This document shows, one piece after another, positions 48,123 through 58,656 of a stretch of DNA of 64,000 bases (position 1 is the stretch's first letter; each line of letters starts with the position of its first letter). The stretch spans positions 2,103 through 66,102 of the forward strand of contig JBQDBK010000011.1 of assembly GCA_052090825.1 (NCBI GenBank). The letters run 5' to 3'. A model generated the notes under the pieces. It saw nothing but the letters and a program-made list of their open reading frames with translations, had not been told where the DNA came from and did no database searches. Made by a program: the position numbers and the translations under genes. The stretch comes from Peptoniphilaceae bacterium. GTDB taxonomy: Bacteria > Bacillota > Clostridia > Tissierellales > Peptoniphilaceae.

Positions 48123-49145
48123 ATGAGAGATAAAATTTTAAATATAAAAAATAAAGCAAAAGAAGAGCTAGAGCAAGCTAATGAACTAAAGAAAATTGAA
48201 GATATCAGAATAAAGTATCTTGGGAAAAAAGGAGAATTAACTTTAGTTTTAAGAGAAATGGGAAAACTTTCTAGCGAAGAAAGACCTATAATAGGAGCAT
48301 TAGCTAATGAAATAAGAACATTTATAGACGATGAAATAAAAGCAAAAGTAAAAAAATTAAATGATGAATTACTTAATAAAAGATTATTAGACGAGAGAAT
48401 AGATATAACACTTAAAGAAAATAAAGTCATAGTAGGCCATGAGCATCCTCTTATAAAAACCTTAGAAGAATTAGAAAATTTATTTATAAATATGGGATTT
48501 ACTGTTTATGATGGACCAGAGGTTGAGTCTGTAGAAAATAATTTTGACTTATTAAATGCCCCTAAAAATCATCCATCAAGAGATTTGACAGATACTTTTT
48601 ATATAGATGATAAAACTTTACTTAGAACTCAAACTTCACCTGTACAAATCAGGGCTATGAAAGAGCAAGGGGCTCCTCTTAGGATGGTTTGTTCTGGTAG
48701 AGTATTTAGGTCTGATGAGGTTGACGCTACCCATTCTCCAATGTTTCATCAATTAGAAGGTTTAATAGTTGATGAAAATATTTCTATGGCAAATTTATTT
48801 GAAACGTTAAATATTTTTGTTAAAACGCTTTTTGGAGATGAAATGAAAACTAGATTTAGACCTCATTATTTCCCATTTACAGAACCTAGTGCGGAGGTAG
48901 ATGTTACTTGTACTGTATGTGGAGGTAAGGGATGTAGTGCTTGCAATAATACAGGATGGAGTATGGAGCTTTTAGGTTGTGGAATGGTTCACCCTAATGT
49001 CTTAAAAAACTGTGGAATAGACCCTGAAAAATATTCTGGTTTTGCATTTGGCATGGGAATTGATAGAATTGCAATGGTAAAATATAAGCTTAATGATATT
49101 AGATTACTTTTTGATAATGACAATAGATTTTTAAATCAATTTTAG
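48123..49145 (+). CDS. pheS: Phenylalanine--tRNA ligase alpha subunit
   Basis: Class II aaRS motifs (FRPHYFPFTEPS, GFAFGMGIDRIAM). Preferred start is ATG 48123 (MRDKILNIKNK) with a strong RBS, because the track start at 48048 would run through the promoter. Confidence 0.93.
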   Translation: MRDKILNIKNKAKEELEQANELKKIEDIRIKYLGKKGELTLVLREMGKLSSEERPIIGALANEIRTFIDDEIKAKVKKLNDELLNKRLLDERIDITLKENKVIVGHEHPLIKTLEELENLFINMGFTVYDGPEVESVENNFDLLNAPKNHPSRDLTDTFYIDDKTLLRTQTSPVQIRAMKEQGAPLRMVCSGRVFRSDEVDATHSPMFHQLEGLIVDENISMANLFETLNIFVKTLFGDEMKTRFRPHYFPFTEPSAEVDVTCTVCGGKGCSACNNTGWSMELLGCGMVHPNVLKNCGIDPEKYSGFAFGMGIDRIAMVKYKLNDIRLLFDNDNRFLNQF

Positions 49146-49157
49146 TGGAGGATTAAG

Positions 49158-51539
49158 ATGTTATTACCTGTTAAATGGTTAAAAGAATATGTGAATTTAG
49201 ATGAAAATGTGAAAACTATAGCTGATAAAATAACAGATACTGGATCACATGTTGAATCGATAGAGAATAGAAGTGAAGCTTTAAAAAATATAGTTGTTGG
49301 AGAAATAAAAAAGATAGAAAGGCATCCAGATGCTGATAAGTTAGTTATTTGTAGTGTTGATGTGAAAAATGAGGTACTGCAAATAGTTACTGGTGCTAAA
49401 AATGTATTTGAAGGTGCTAAAGTTCCAGTTGCTCTTGTTGGAGCAAATTTAGCTGGGGGACTTAGAATAGAAGAAGGTAAACTTCGTGGAGTTGATTCTA
49501 AGGGGATGTTATGTTCTTTACAAGAACTAGGCTTTAGCGATAATGTTATTAGAAAAGATGCTAAAGATGGTATATTTATATTTCCTGGAGATACAGAAAT
49601 AGGTATTTCAGCTATAGATGCTTTAGACTTAAATCATGAAGTTATAGAAATTGAGATAACTCCTAATAGACCAGATTGTCTTAGTATTATTGGTATGGCT
49701 AGAGAAACAGCTGCAACTTTCGATATAAAACTAAATGAACCCAAAATAAAAATAAAAAATGAAGTAGAGAATATAGAAGACTATTTTAATTCGGTGGAAA
49801 TAGAAACAGAAGATTGTTCTAGATTTTATGCAAGAGTTTTAAAAGATGTAAAAATTGAAGAATCTCCTTTATGGATGCAGAATTATCTTACTGCTGCAGG
49901 AGTAAGACCTATAAATAATATTGTAGATGTTACTAATTTTGTAATGCTAGAATATGGTCAACCTTTGCATGCCTATGATCTTGATGACTTGAAATCTAAA
50001 AAGATTGTAGTTAGAAATGCTAAAGATAAAGAAATAATAAAAACTCTAGATGGAGAAGAAAGAAAATTAGAAATAGAAGATGTGGTAATAAGCGATGGAG
50101 ATAAAGCCATAGGTCTAGCTGGAATTATGGGTGGATTTGATTCTGAAGTTAAAAATACTACAGTAAATGTTCTTTTAGAGGGTGCAAATTTTGACCCAGA
50201 AGCAATAAGAAAAACATCTAAGAGATTAGCTCTAAGATCAGAGGCTTCATCAAGATTTGAAAAGGGAATAGATCATAATACTGCTAAAATAGGTGTTGAT
50301 AGGGCAGCTCAACTAATAGAATTAATTGGAGGGGCAAGTGTAGTAAAAGGATCTATAGATAATAACAAAAACTCTAAAGAAGAAAAGAAAATTAACTTGA
50401 GAATAGAAAAAGTCAATAAATTAATAGGCTTTGATCTTTCAGGACAAGAAATAGCTGATTTATTAAATAGATTAGAAATACCTTCTTCAGTAAAAGGTGA
50501 TTTTATAGATGTAAAAATACCTAGTTTTAGATTAGACTTAGAAATTGAAGAAGATTTAATAGAAGAAATAGCAAGACTTTATGGTTATCACAATATAGTT
50601 CCAAAACCATTAGAAGGATCATTAACTGTAGGTGGCAGGTCTGATATTAGAAATCTTTCTATAAGAATAAAAAGAATTCTTTTATCAATGGGATATAATG
50701 AATTTATGACATATTCTTTTGTAAGTCCTTCTAATTTTGATAAATTAAACTTAGAAGAAGATAATAAATTAAGAAATGTTGTTAAGATAATAAATCCTCT
50801 TGGCGAAGAATATAGCATAATGAGAACAACTTTAATTTCAAATTTATTAGATGTATTATCTAAAAATGAACATAAAGGAAATGAAAATGTTGCAGGATTT
50901 GAAATAGGTAATACTTTTAAACCTATAAGAAATGAGCTGCCTAAAGAAGAATTAAAAATATCTTTAGGATTTTATGATATAGGAGATTTTTATTATTTAA
51001 AAGAAAGTATAAGTAGAGCTTTATGGCAGGTAGGTATAGAAAATATAGAATTTAGAAGATCTAATATACCTTATTTACATCCAGGAAGATCAGCAGACAT
51101 TTTAATTGAGGATAAAGTTATTGGATCTTTTGGAGAAGTTCATCCTTTAGTTTTAGATAATTTTGATCTTAAGAAAAAAGCCTATGTAGGTGAATTAGAA
51201 TTAGAAAAAATCCTTCCTTACGCTATTGATAATTATAAGTTTAAGGAGTTGCCAAAATATCCTTCGATAAAAAGAGATTTAGCATTTGTTTTAGATAATG
51301 ACATAGCAGCTTATGAATTGGAAAAAATTGCTAGAAAAAATGCAAAAGATTTATTGGAAGACTTCAATGTATTTGATGTTTATACTGGAGAACATATTGA
51401 AGAAGGTAAAAAATCCATTGCCTTTTCAATGGTATTTAGAGCTAAAGATAGAACTTTAGTAGATGATGATATTAATAAGATTATAGAAAAAGTAATAAAA
51501 GAAACTAGTGATAAATTAGACGCTAAGCTAAGGGGATAA
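49158..51539 (+). CDS. pheT: Phenylalanine--tRNA ligase beta subunit
   Basis: 793 aa with an N-terminal tRNA-binding domain, B3/4 and B5 regions and a C-terminal FDX-ACB-like domain. Directly follows pheS. Confidence 0.95.
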   Translation: MLLPVKWLKEYVNLDENVKTIADKITDTGSHVESIENRSEALKNIVVGEIKKIERHPDADKLVICSVDVKNEVLQIVTGAKNVFEGAKVPVALVGANLAGGLRIEEGKLRGVDSKGMLCSLQELGFSDNVIRKDAKDGIFIFPGDTEIGISAIDALDLNHEVIEIEITPNRPDCLSIIGMARETAATFDIKLNEPKIKIKNEVENIEDYFNSVEIETEDCSRFYARVLKDVKIEESPLWMQNYLTAAGVRPINNIVDVTNFVMLEYGQPLHAYDLDDLKSKKIVVRNAKDKEIIKTLDGEERKLEIEDVVISDGDKAIGLAGIMGGFDSEVKNTTVNVLLEGANFDPEAIRKTSKRLALRSEASSRFEKGIDHNTAKIGVDRAAQLIELIGGASVVKGSIDNNKNSKEEKKINLRIEKVNKLIGFDLSGQEIADLLNRLEIPSSVKGDFIDVKIPSFRLDLEIEEDLIEEIARLYGYHNIVPKPLEGSLTVGGRSDIRNLSIRIKRILLSMGYNEFMTYSFVSPSNFDKLNLEEDNKLRNVVKIINPLGEEYSIMRTTLISNLLDVLSKNEHKGNENVAGFEIGNTFKPIRNELPKEELKISLGFYDIGDFYYLKESISRALWQVGIENIEFRRSNIPYLHPGRSADILIEDKVIGSFGEVHPLVLDNFDLKKKAYVGELELEKILPYAIDNYKFKELPKYPSIKRDLAFVLDNDIAAYELEKIARKNAKDLLEDFNVFDVYTGEHIEEGKKSIAFSMVFRAKDRTLVDDDINKIIEKVIKETSDKLDAKLRG

Positions 51540-51558
51540 TCTTATAGGGAGGTAGCAA

Positions 51559-52107
51559 ATGTCAAAAGAAAAGGTGAAAGTTTCTATAGATGATATGAAT
51601 TTTTATGTTGTTGGTGGAGATGATCCAAATTATGTAAAAGGACTCGCTAAGGATTTAGATGTAAGAATAAAAGAAATCCAAGTAGCCAACTACAGATTAA
51701 ATCAAGTACAATCTTTAATTTTAACAGCTTTAAATATATTAGATGAAAAAGAAAAGCTAAAAAAAGAAGAAACTATTATTGAAAATTCGAAAAATGATGA
51801 AAATGTAATAAGAAATAATATTAAAGAAATAGAAAATCTTAGAAAAATTGTTGACTCCTTTGATGAAGAAAGAAAAGAATATAAAGATAATATAATTCAA
51901 CTAAAAAATAAATTATCAGAAGTTGAGGATTTAAATAAAGATTTAAAAACGAAAAATGAAAATTATCTTTTAGAAATAGATGAACTTAAGGAAAAAACTT
52001 ATAGTTTAAAAAACGAAAAAGAAATTTTAGAAGAACAAATTTATGATTCTCAAAAAAGAATAATAGATTTAAATAGAGAGATTGAGAGTATTAATGAAAG
52101 TAAATAA
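51559..52107 (+). CDS. zapA: Cell division protein ZapA with a long C-terminal coiled coil
   Basis: N-terminal ZapA-like domain (VKVSIDDMNFYVVGGDDPNYVKGLAKDLD) followed by a heptad-rich tail. Conserved position after pheT in Firmicutes. Confidence 0.75.
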   Translation: MSKEKVKVSIDDMNFYVVGGDDPNYVKGLAKDLDVRIKEIQVANYRLNQVQSLILTALNILDEKEKLKKEETIIENSKNDENVIRNNIKEIENLRKIVDSFDEERKEYKDNIIQLKNKLSEVEDLNKDLKTKNENYLLEIDELKEKTYSLKNEKEILEEQIYDSQKRIIDLNREIESINESK

Positions 52108-54466
52108 AGTGGAAATATTAGCACCTGCTGGCAGCTTTGAAGCATTAAAAGCTGCTATTAAAGCAGGTGCAAATGCTATATATCTAGGTGGGCAAAAATA
52201 CAGTGCGAGGTCAAAAGCTTATAACTTCAGTAAAGAAGATTTAAAGGAAGCTGTAATTTACGCCCATTTAAGAAAAGTTAGACTATATGTTACAACAAAT
52301 ATTTTAATAGACGATAGAGAAATGCTAGATGCAATAAAATTTGTAAAGTATTTAAGGGATATAGGCGTCGATGGAGTAATAGTTCAAGATTTAGGGTTTT
52401 CATATCTTGTCAGGAAAAATTTTAAGGATATTGAGGTACATGCTAGTACACAAATGGCAGTAAATAATTTTTATGGAGCTAAGACCATAGAAAGTTTTGG
52501 ATTTGAAAGACTTGTGCTAGCTAGAGAAACTGAACTTCAGGAAATAAATTTAATAAAAGAAAAAACTAGTCTTGAAGTAGAAGCTTTTATTCATGGAGCC
52601 TTATGTGTTTGTTTTTCAGGAGAATGTCTAATGTCCTCTATGATAGGCGGTAGATCGGGAAATAGAGGAGATTGTGCTCAACCTTGTAGGAAAAAATATG
52701 AAATTTTAGATTTAAATTTAAATAGTTTATCAGACAAGGCTTATTTTTTATCGACCAAAGATTTAAATTCAATAGCTAATTTGGATGATTTAATAAATAG
52801 AGGCGTAGATTCTTTAAAAATAGAAGGAAGAATGAAAAAACCTGAGTATGTTTATCAAATAGTATCTAGTTATAAAAAAAGAATAGAAGAAAGATTAACC
52901 AAAAAAGATGAAGATAATATAGAACAGATATTTAATAGAGGATTTACTAAAGGAATTCATTATGGGGATTTTGGAAGAAGTTTTATTTCTTATGATAGAC
53001 CAGACAACAGAGGTAGATTAATAGGAGAAGTTGGAGAGAAAGTAAAAAATGGCTTTATATTAAAATTAAATGAAAATATAGAAATTGGAGATGGGATAGA
53101 GTTTTATAAAGATGGAAGAAGTAGTGGATTAAAATCAAATTTCTTTGCAGAAAAAAATTCTAATTATATTTTTGAAACTAAAAGAAATATCTTAAATTCC
53201 AAAATTTATAAAACCTATTCAAAAGAACTTAACGACTCCATATCTGATAAATTAAATGAAGAAAAAAAATATAGGGAAATCTCTATGACTTGTAATTTGT
53301 ATTTAGGCAAAAAACCTGAACTTTTAATTAATTTTGAAAATAAAGAGTTAAAAGTTTATTTAGAACAAAAAATAGTACAAGCTAAAAATAAAGCTTTAAC
53401 TAAAGAACAAGTTGAAAAATCATTATCTAAACTGGGGGATACAGTATATAGGTTAGAGACTTTAAAAATCAATATAGAAGATAATATATTTATGAGTTTA
53501 GCAAGTCTTAATGAGTTAAGAAGAATGGGGATAAATAAATTAAACGGTTTATTAGAAAATAAAAATATAAAGCCTAGAGTAATAAATGAAAGTGACTTAT
53601 TTATAAAAAGAAAACTTATTAGAAAAAATCAAAATTTAAATGTATTTGTATATAACTTAGGAGACTTAAGAAAAGTAAATAGAGATTTAGCTAGTAAAAT
53701 ATATTTTCCTGTTGATAAATTAAACCAAGAAACAATAGATTATTTATTAGAAAATAAAATTAAAATAAGTGCTGTATTTAAGAAATTTCAAAATTCAAAA
53801 GAACTGGAAAATAGTTTTAACTTAGTAAAAAGTAATTTAAGTATTATTAATGAGGTTTTATTAAATAATCTTTCTCAGATATATATATTTAAGGATATGT
53901 CTATATCAAAAGTTGCAGATATAGGATTAAATAGTTTTAATTCTTATACAGTTAAATATTTATTAGAACTTGGTTTTAATAGGGTAGTACTATCTCCAGA
54001 ATTAAACTATTCCCAAATTAAGAAAATAGGGAAAGATTATGGAGATCTAGTTGAAGTTATATGTCATGGTTTAATAGCAGTTATGACTATGCCACACTGT
54101 CCTATGTCTATAGAACTAAATTGTAAAAATAGCAATAACTGTGAATTTTGCAAATATTCTAAAGGATTTTTCCTAAAAGATTCTTATGGGGAGAGATTTT
54201 TAGTTGAAAGAGACTCGGGAGTGTCTGAAGTATTCAATTCTCATCCTATAATGTTAGAGGAGAAAGTAAAAGACCTAAGTAAAGTTGGAATTTGCAATTT
54301 CAGATTAAATCTAAGAGAAAGTATAGGTGAAAGTTTAAAATTTTATAAGGATATTTTGAAAAATGACACTAATGAGAAAAGAAAAACTTTCATTAGAGAA
54401 GAACTTATAAATAAATATGGAGCTGTAAGCTATGGGCATTTCAATAGGGGGATTATTAATGACTAA
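52094..54466 (+). CDS. Large two-module peptidase-U32-family protein
   Basis: N-terminal U32 module with the Cys motif GDCAQPCRKKY, and a second U32-like module near the C-terminus (VVLSPELN...CHGLIAVMTMPHCPM). The start is uncertain: TTG 52082 (track) or ATG 52094 (preferred). Confidence 0.8.
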   Translation: MKVNKVEILAPAGSFEALKAAIKAGANAIYLGGQKYSARSKAYNFSKEDLKEAVIYAHLRKVRLYVTTNILIDDREMLDAIKFVKYLRDIGVDGVIVQDLGFSYLVRKNFKDIEVHASTQMAVNNFYGAKTIESFGFERLVLARETELQEINLIKEKTSLEVEAFIHGALCVCFSGECLMSSMIGGRSGNRGDCAQPCRKKYEILDLNLNSLSDKAYFLSTKDLNSIANLDDLINRGVDSLKIEGRMKKPEYVYQIVSSYKKRIEERLTKKDEDNIEQIFNRGFTKGIHYGDFGRSFISYDRPDNRGRLIGEVGEKVKNGFILKLNENIEIGDGIEFYKDGRSSGLKSNFFAEKNSNYIFETKRNILNSKIYKTYSKELNDSISDKLNEEKKYREISMTCNLYLGKKPELLINFENKELKVYLEQKIVQAKNKALTKEQVEKSLSKLGDTVYRLETLKINIEDNIFMSLASLNELRRMGINKLNGLLENKNIKPRVINESDLFIKRKLIRKNQNLNVFVYNLGDLRKVNRDLASKIYFPVDKLNQETIDYLLENKIKISAVFKKFQNSKELENSFNLVKSNLSIINEVLLNNLSQIYIFKDMSISKVADIGLNSFNSYTVKYLLELGFNRVVLSPELNYSQIKKIGKDYGDLVEVICHGLIAVMTMPHCPMSIELNCKNSNNCEFCKYSKGFFLKDSYGERFLVERDSGVSEVFNSHPIMLEEKVKDLSKVGICNFRLNLRESIGESLKFYKDILKNDTNEKRKTFIREELINKYGAVSYGHFNRGIIND

Positions 54467-56834
54467 ATTATTTGAAAAATCTAAAATAGTTTTAGAATTT
54501 GATAAAATATTAGACCTACTTCAAGATCATATCGTATCTGAATTGGGCAAAGCATACTCAAAATCAGTTAACATATCCACAGATATAAAAGAAATAAATA
54601 ATAGACTAGATGAAACCTCTGAGGCTGTTAATTTAATTGTGAAAAAGTCTAATCCTCCTTTATTTGGAATAACAAATATAAAGTCTTTAATGAAAAGACT
54701 AGAAATGGGAGGAAGCTTAAATGCCGAAAATTTATTAAGAGTATCTGATTTTTTAAGGGTATCTAGGTATTTAATTTCTTATTTTAAGATAGATCCTAAA
54801 GATGGAGAATACAATTTATTACCTAAATTAGGTATGAATCTCTTAGCTTTTAAAGAAATAGAAGACGAAATAAATAATGCAATTATATCAGAAGACGAAA
54901 TATCAGATAACGCATCTCCTAAGCTAGCTTCAATTAGAAAGCAAATTACAAGAAAAAAAGAAGCTATAAGAGATAAACTTAATTCATTAATAACAAATGA
55001 TTCAGAAAAAAAATACTTACAAGATAGTATTGTTACCATGCGTGAAGGTCGTTATGTAGTGCCAGTAAAACAAGAGAGTAAATCAAAGATTAAGGGACTT
55101 GTACATGATATGAGTTCTAGTGGACAAACTGTTTATATAGAACCCATGGCTGTTGTAAATTTAAATAATGAATTAAAAACTTTATATAATGAAGAAAGAG
55201 AAGAAATTGAAAAAATATTAAGACAACTATCTGAAAAAGTTGGTCAACATTCATATGAAATAGCAGCTAATCAAGATATATTGGTGGAGCTGGATTTTAT
55301 TTTTGGAAAAGCTAAGCTGGCAATAGAACAAGGAGCAAATAGGCCAATTATTAATGATAAACTGTATATAAATTTAAAAAAAGCTAAACACCCCTTACTT
55401 AATGTGGAAAATGTAGTTCCTATAGATCTTAGTTTAGGGAGAGAATTTAGTTCATTAATAATCACTGGGCCTAATACTGGTGGGAAAACTGTTAGTATAA
55501 AGACTGTAGGTTTATTAACCTTAATGAGTCAATATGGTTTACACATTCCGGCTGATGAAAGTAGTGAAATAGGAATTTTTGAAAATGTCTTAGCTGACAT
55601 AGGAGATGAGCAAAGTATAGAGCAGTCCTTATCTACTTTTTCCTCACATATGATTAATATTGTAAAAATATTAGAAGAAGCTAGTCCTAGGAGTTTAGTA
55701 ATATTTGATGAACTTGGAGCTGGAACAGATCCTACAGAAGGAGCTGCTTTAGCTAGAGCTATAATGGAAAATATGTTATCTAAGGAAATAAGAACTTTAG
55801 CAACAACCCACTATAATCAATTAAAAATCTATGCTCTAACAGTGGATAAGGTTGCAAATGCTTCAATGGAGTTTAATGTGGATACACTATCTCCAACTTA
55901 TAAATTATTAATAGGAGTTCCGGGTAAGTCTAATGCTTTTGAAATTTCTAAAAGGCTTGGTTTATCTGACTTGATTATAGATCAGGCCAGAGAATTAATA
56001 AGTGAAGAAAATATGGAATTTGAAGAAGTATTAAAATCTATTGAAGAAGATAGGACCAAAATAGAAGAACATGAATTTATAGCTAATAGGGAAAGACAAG
56101 AATTAGAAGAAAAAAATAGACAATTGGAAAAAGAAATCAATAAATTAAAGCAGAGTCGTGAAAAAGTTATTGAAGATGCAAAATTTGAAGCTAGAAAATT
56201 ATTAAGCAAGACAAAAGAAAATGTTGAATTAGTTGTAGATGAGATAAACTTAATAAAAGAAGAATTGACAACTGAACAGGCTAGAAGACTGCAACAAGCC
56301 AAAGAACTTCTTAAAGATAGCGATAAAGATGTTGCGAAAAAAGTTGAGAGAGTTAAAATAAAAAAAGCTAAAAATCCAGTTAAGAATTTAAAAGTTGGGG
56401 ATAATGTAAGATCAGTATCATTAAATGCTGAAGGAGTAGTTTTAGAATTAGAAGATTCAAGTGGGAATGTGCTTGTTCAGATGGGTATGATGAAAATGAA
56501 ATTGCCAAAAAACACCCTTGAATTAAATAATAAAGAGGAAAACACACAAAAAGTAAAAAATAGAAAGCTAATGGATAATAAATCTAAATATGTAAAGTCG
56601 GAAATTGATATAAGAGGACAAAATTACGAGGACGCTAGAAGCATAATAGAAAAGTATATTGATGATGCCTGTCTATCTGGTTTAAAACAAGTTAGGGTAA
56701 TACATGGTAAAGGAACAGGAGTATTAAGGGAAAAGTTAAGAAAATATTTTAAAAAGAATAAACATATAAAATCTTTCCAAGATGCACCTTATAATGAAGG
56801 CGGTAATGGCGTTACCGTTGTGGAATTAAAATAA
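54459..56834 (+). CDS. mutS2: Endonuclease MutS2 (MutS-family ATPase with a C-terminal Smr domain)
   Basis: Walker A GPNTGGKT, DELGAGTDP, central coiled coil, Smr domain (IDIRGQNYEDA...VIHGKGTGVLR). Preferred start is ATG 54459 (MTKLFEKSK), which overlaps the U32 gene stop. Confidence 0.92.
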   Translation: MTKLFEKSKIVLEFDKILDLLQDHIVSELGKAYSKSVNISTDIKEINNRLDETSEAVNLIVKKSNPPLFGITNIKSLMKRLEMGGSLNAENLLRVSDFLRVSRYLISYFKIDPKDGEYNLLPKLGMNLLAFKEIEDEINNAIISEDEISDNASPKLASIRKQITRKKEAIRDKLNSLITNDSEKKYLQDSIVTMREGRYVVPVKQESKSKIKGLVHDMSSSGQTVYIEPMAVVNLNNELKTLYNEEREEIEKILRQLSEKVGQHSYEIAANQDILVELDFIFGKAKLAIEQGANRPIINDKLYINLKKAKHPLLNVENVVPIDLSLGREFSSLIITGPNTGGKTVSIKTVGLLTLMSQYGLHIPADESSEIGIFENVLADIGDEQSIEQSLSTFSSHMINIVKILEEASPRSLVIFDELGAGTDPTEGAALARAIMENMLSKEIRTLATTHYNQLKIYALTVDKVANASMEFNVDTLSPTYKLLIGVPGKSNAFEISKRLGLSDLIIDQARELISEENMEFEEVLKSIEEDRTKIEEHEFIANRERQELEEKNRQLEKEINKLKQSREKVIEDAKFEARKLLSKTKENVELVVDEINLIKEELTTEQARRLQQAKELLKDSDKDVAKKVERVKIKKAKNPVKNLKVGDNVRSVSLNAEGVVLELEDSSGNVLVQMGMMKMKLPKNTLELNNKEENTQKVKNRKLMDNKSKYVKSEIDIRGQNYEDARSIIEKYIDDACLSGLKQVRVIHGKGTGVLREKLRKYFKKNKHIKSFQDAPYNEGGNGVTVVELK

Positions 56835-56878
56835 GTGTTGTATAATAACATTAATAAAAAAAGTAAAAAGGAGTAGCT

Positions 56879-58591
56879 ATGATAAATTTTAAAGAAGAGA
56901 TTGTAAAAATTTTAAGTGAAAAAATTGAAAGTCTTTCAGCTGACGAAATCAGAAGTATAATAGAAACACCGCCAAACTATGAAATGGGTGATTTTGCTTT
57001 TCCAGTATTCTCATTAGCTAAAGTATATAGAAAGAATCCAGCTATAATAGCCCAAGAAATTGCTGAATCAATAGATAATAAATATTTTGAAAAGGTAGAA
57101 TCAAAATCAGCATACATTAATTTTTTTATAAATAAAAAAGAACTATCCAAAGAAATTATTAATGAAATAAAAGAACGTAAAGAAAACTTTGGTAAACCTG
57201 GAATTGGTGAAGGTAAAAATGTAGTAGTTGAGTATTCATCTCCTAATATTGCTAAACCCTTCCATATAGGACATATTAGATCTACAATTATAGGGGACTC
57301 TTTAAAAAGAATATATGACTTTTTAGGCTATAATACAATATCTTATAACCATTTAGGAGATTATGGTACTCAATTTGGTATGTTAATAGTTGCCATAAAA
57401 AAATGGGGAGATAGAAAAGTAATTGAAAAAAACCCTATACCAGAATTATTAAAATTATACGTAAAAATAAATAATGAAGCGGAAAATGATCCGGAACTTA
57501 GAAATGAATGTAGATATTGGTTTTCTGAATTAGAAAAAGGGAATAAAGAAGCTTATGAACTTTGGGAATGGATTAGAGAAGTGTCTTTAATTGAATTCCA
57601 AAGAGTATATGATATGTTTGACATAGAATATGATACTTATAAAGGTGAAAGTTTCTACTCAGACTATATGCCAGGAGAAGTAGAACAATTGAAAAAATCT
57701 GGTGCTTTAACAGAATCTAATGGAGCTCAAATAGTAGATTTAGAAGAAAAATATAATCTACCACCAGCACTTATTATAAAATCTGACGGTTCAACTATAT
57801 ATATAACAAGAGATATAGCAGCTGCTCATTACAGACATAAAGAACATAAACCATATAAGAATATTTATGTTGTAGGATCTCAACAAATTCTTCATTTCCA
57901 ACAATTAAAAGCTGTTCTTAAAGAAATGGGATATGATTGGTCTGATGAAGTAGTTCATGTACCATTTGGAATGGTTTCACTTGAAGAAGGCACTCTTTCT
58001 ACAAGAAAAGGTAGAGTAGTTTATCTTGAAGATGTTTTAAATAAGGCAAAAGATAAAGTTAAAGAAATTTTAACACAAAGGGAAGAACAAAAAGGTGAAA
58101 AAATAGAAAATAAAGAAGAATTAGCTGCTCAAGTTGGTATTGGAGCTGTTAAATTCCAAGAACTATTTAATCAAAGAATTAAAGACTATACTTTTAGCTT
58201 AGATAAAACTCTTTCTTTTGAAGGGGAAACTGGTCCTTATGTTCAGTATGTTCATGCTAGAATATCTTCTTTATTAGAAAAAGGTAACTTTAATCCAGAA
58301 GTTGAAATTGATACAGATTTATTAAATTCTGAAGAAGAATTAAATCTATTAAGAACTCTTTATAACTTTACGGATACAGTAATAGATGCTCATGAAAAGT
58401 ATGAACCATATTTTGTAACTAGATATGTTGTTGATTTAGCTAAAAAATTTAATAAATACTACAATACAACTCAAATAAATGTAGAAGATGAAAAGTTAAA
58501 AAATACAAGACTTATGCTTTGTTACGCAGTAAAAACTGTAATAAAAGAAGGGCTTAATCTATTAGGGGTACATGCTCCAGAAAAAATGTAA
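56879..58591 (+). CDS. argS: Arginine--tRNA ligase
   Basis: 570 aa with the class I HIGH motif (PFHIGHIRST) and a C-terminal DALR-type anticodon-binding region. RBS AAGGAG upstream. Confidence 0.93.
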   Translation: MINFKEEIVKILSEKIESLSADEIRSIIETPPNYEMGDFAFPVFSLAKVYRKNPAIIAQEIAESIDNKYFEKVESKSAYINFFINKKELSKEIINEIKERKENFGKPGIGEGKNVVVEYSSPNIAKPFHIGHIRSTIIGDSLKRIYDFLGYNTISYNHLGDYGTQFGMLIVAIKKWGDRKVIEKNPIPELLKLYVKINNEAENDPELRNECRYWFSELEKGNKEAYELWEWIREVSLIEFQRVYDMFDIEYDTYKGESFYSDYMPGEVEQLKKSGALTESNGAQIVDLEEKYNLPPALIIKSDGSTIYITRDIAAAHYRHKEHKPYKNIYVVGSQQILHFQQLKAVLKEMGYDWSDEVVHVPFGMVSLEEGTLSTRKGRVVYLEDVLNKAKDKVKEILTQREEQKGEKIENKEELAAQVGIGAVKFQELFNQRIKDYTFSLDKTLSFEGETGPYVQYVHARISSLLEKGNFNPEVEIDTDLLNSEEELNLLRTLYNFTDTVIDAHEKYEPYFVTRYVVDLAKKFNKYYNTTQINVEDEKLKNTRLMLCYAVKTVIKEGLNLLGVHAPEKM

Positions 58592-58604
58592 ATATAAAAT
58601 AAAG

Positions 58605-58631
58605 GCTCAAGAATTATTCTTGAGCTTTTTT
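58605..58631 (+). terminator. Intrinsic terminator after argS
   Basis: GCTCAAGAA tta TTCTTGAGC followed by T6. Confidence 0.85.
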
Positions 58632-58656
58632 AAGTAAAGTTTGACAAAAATATTTG

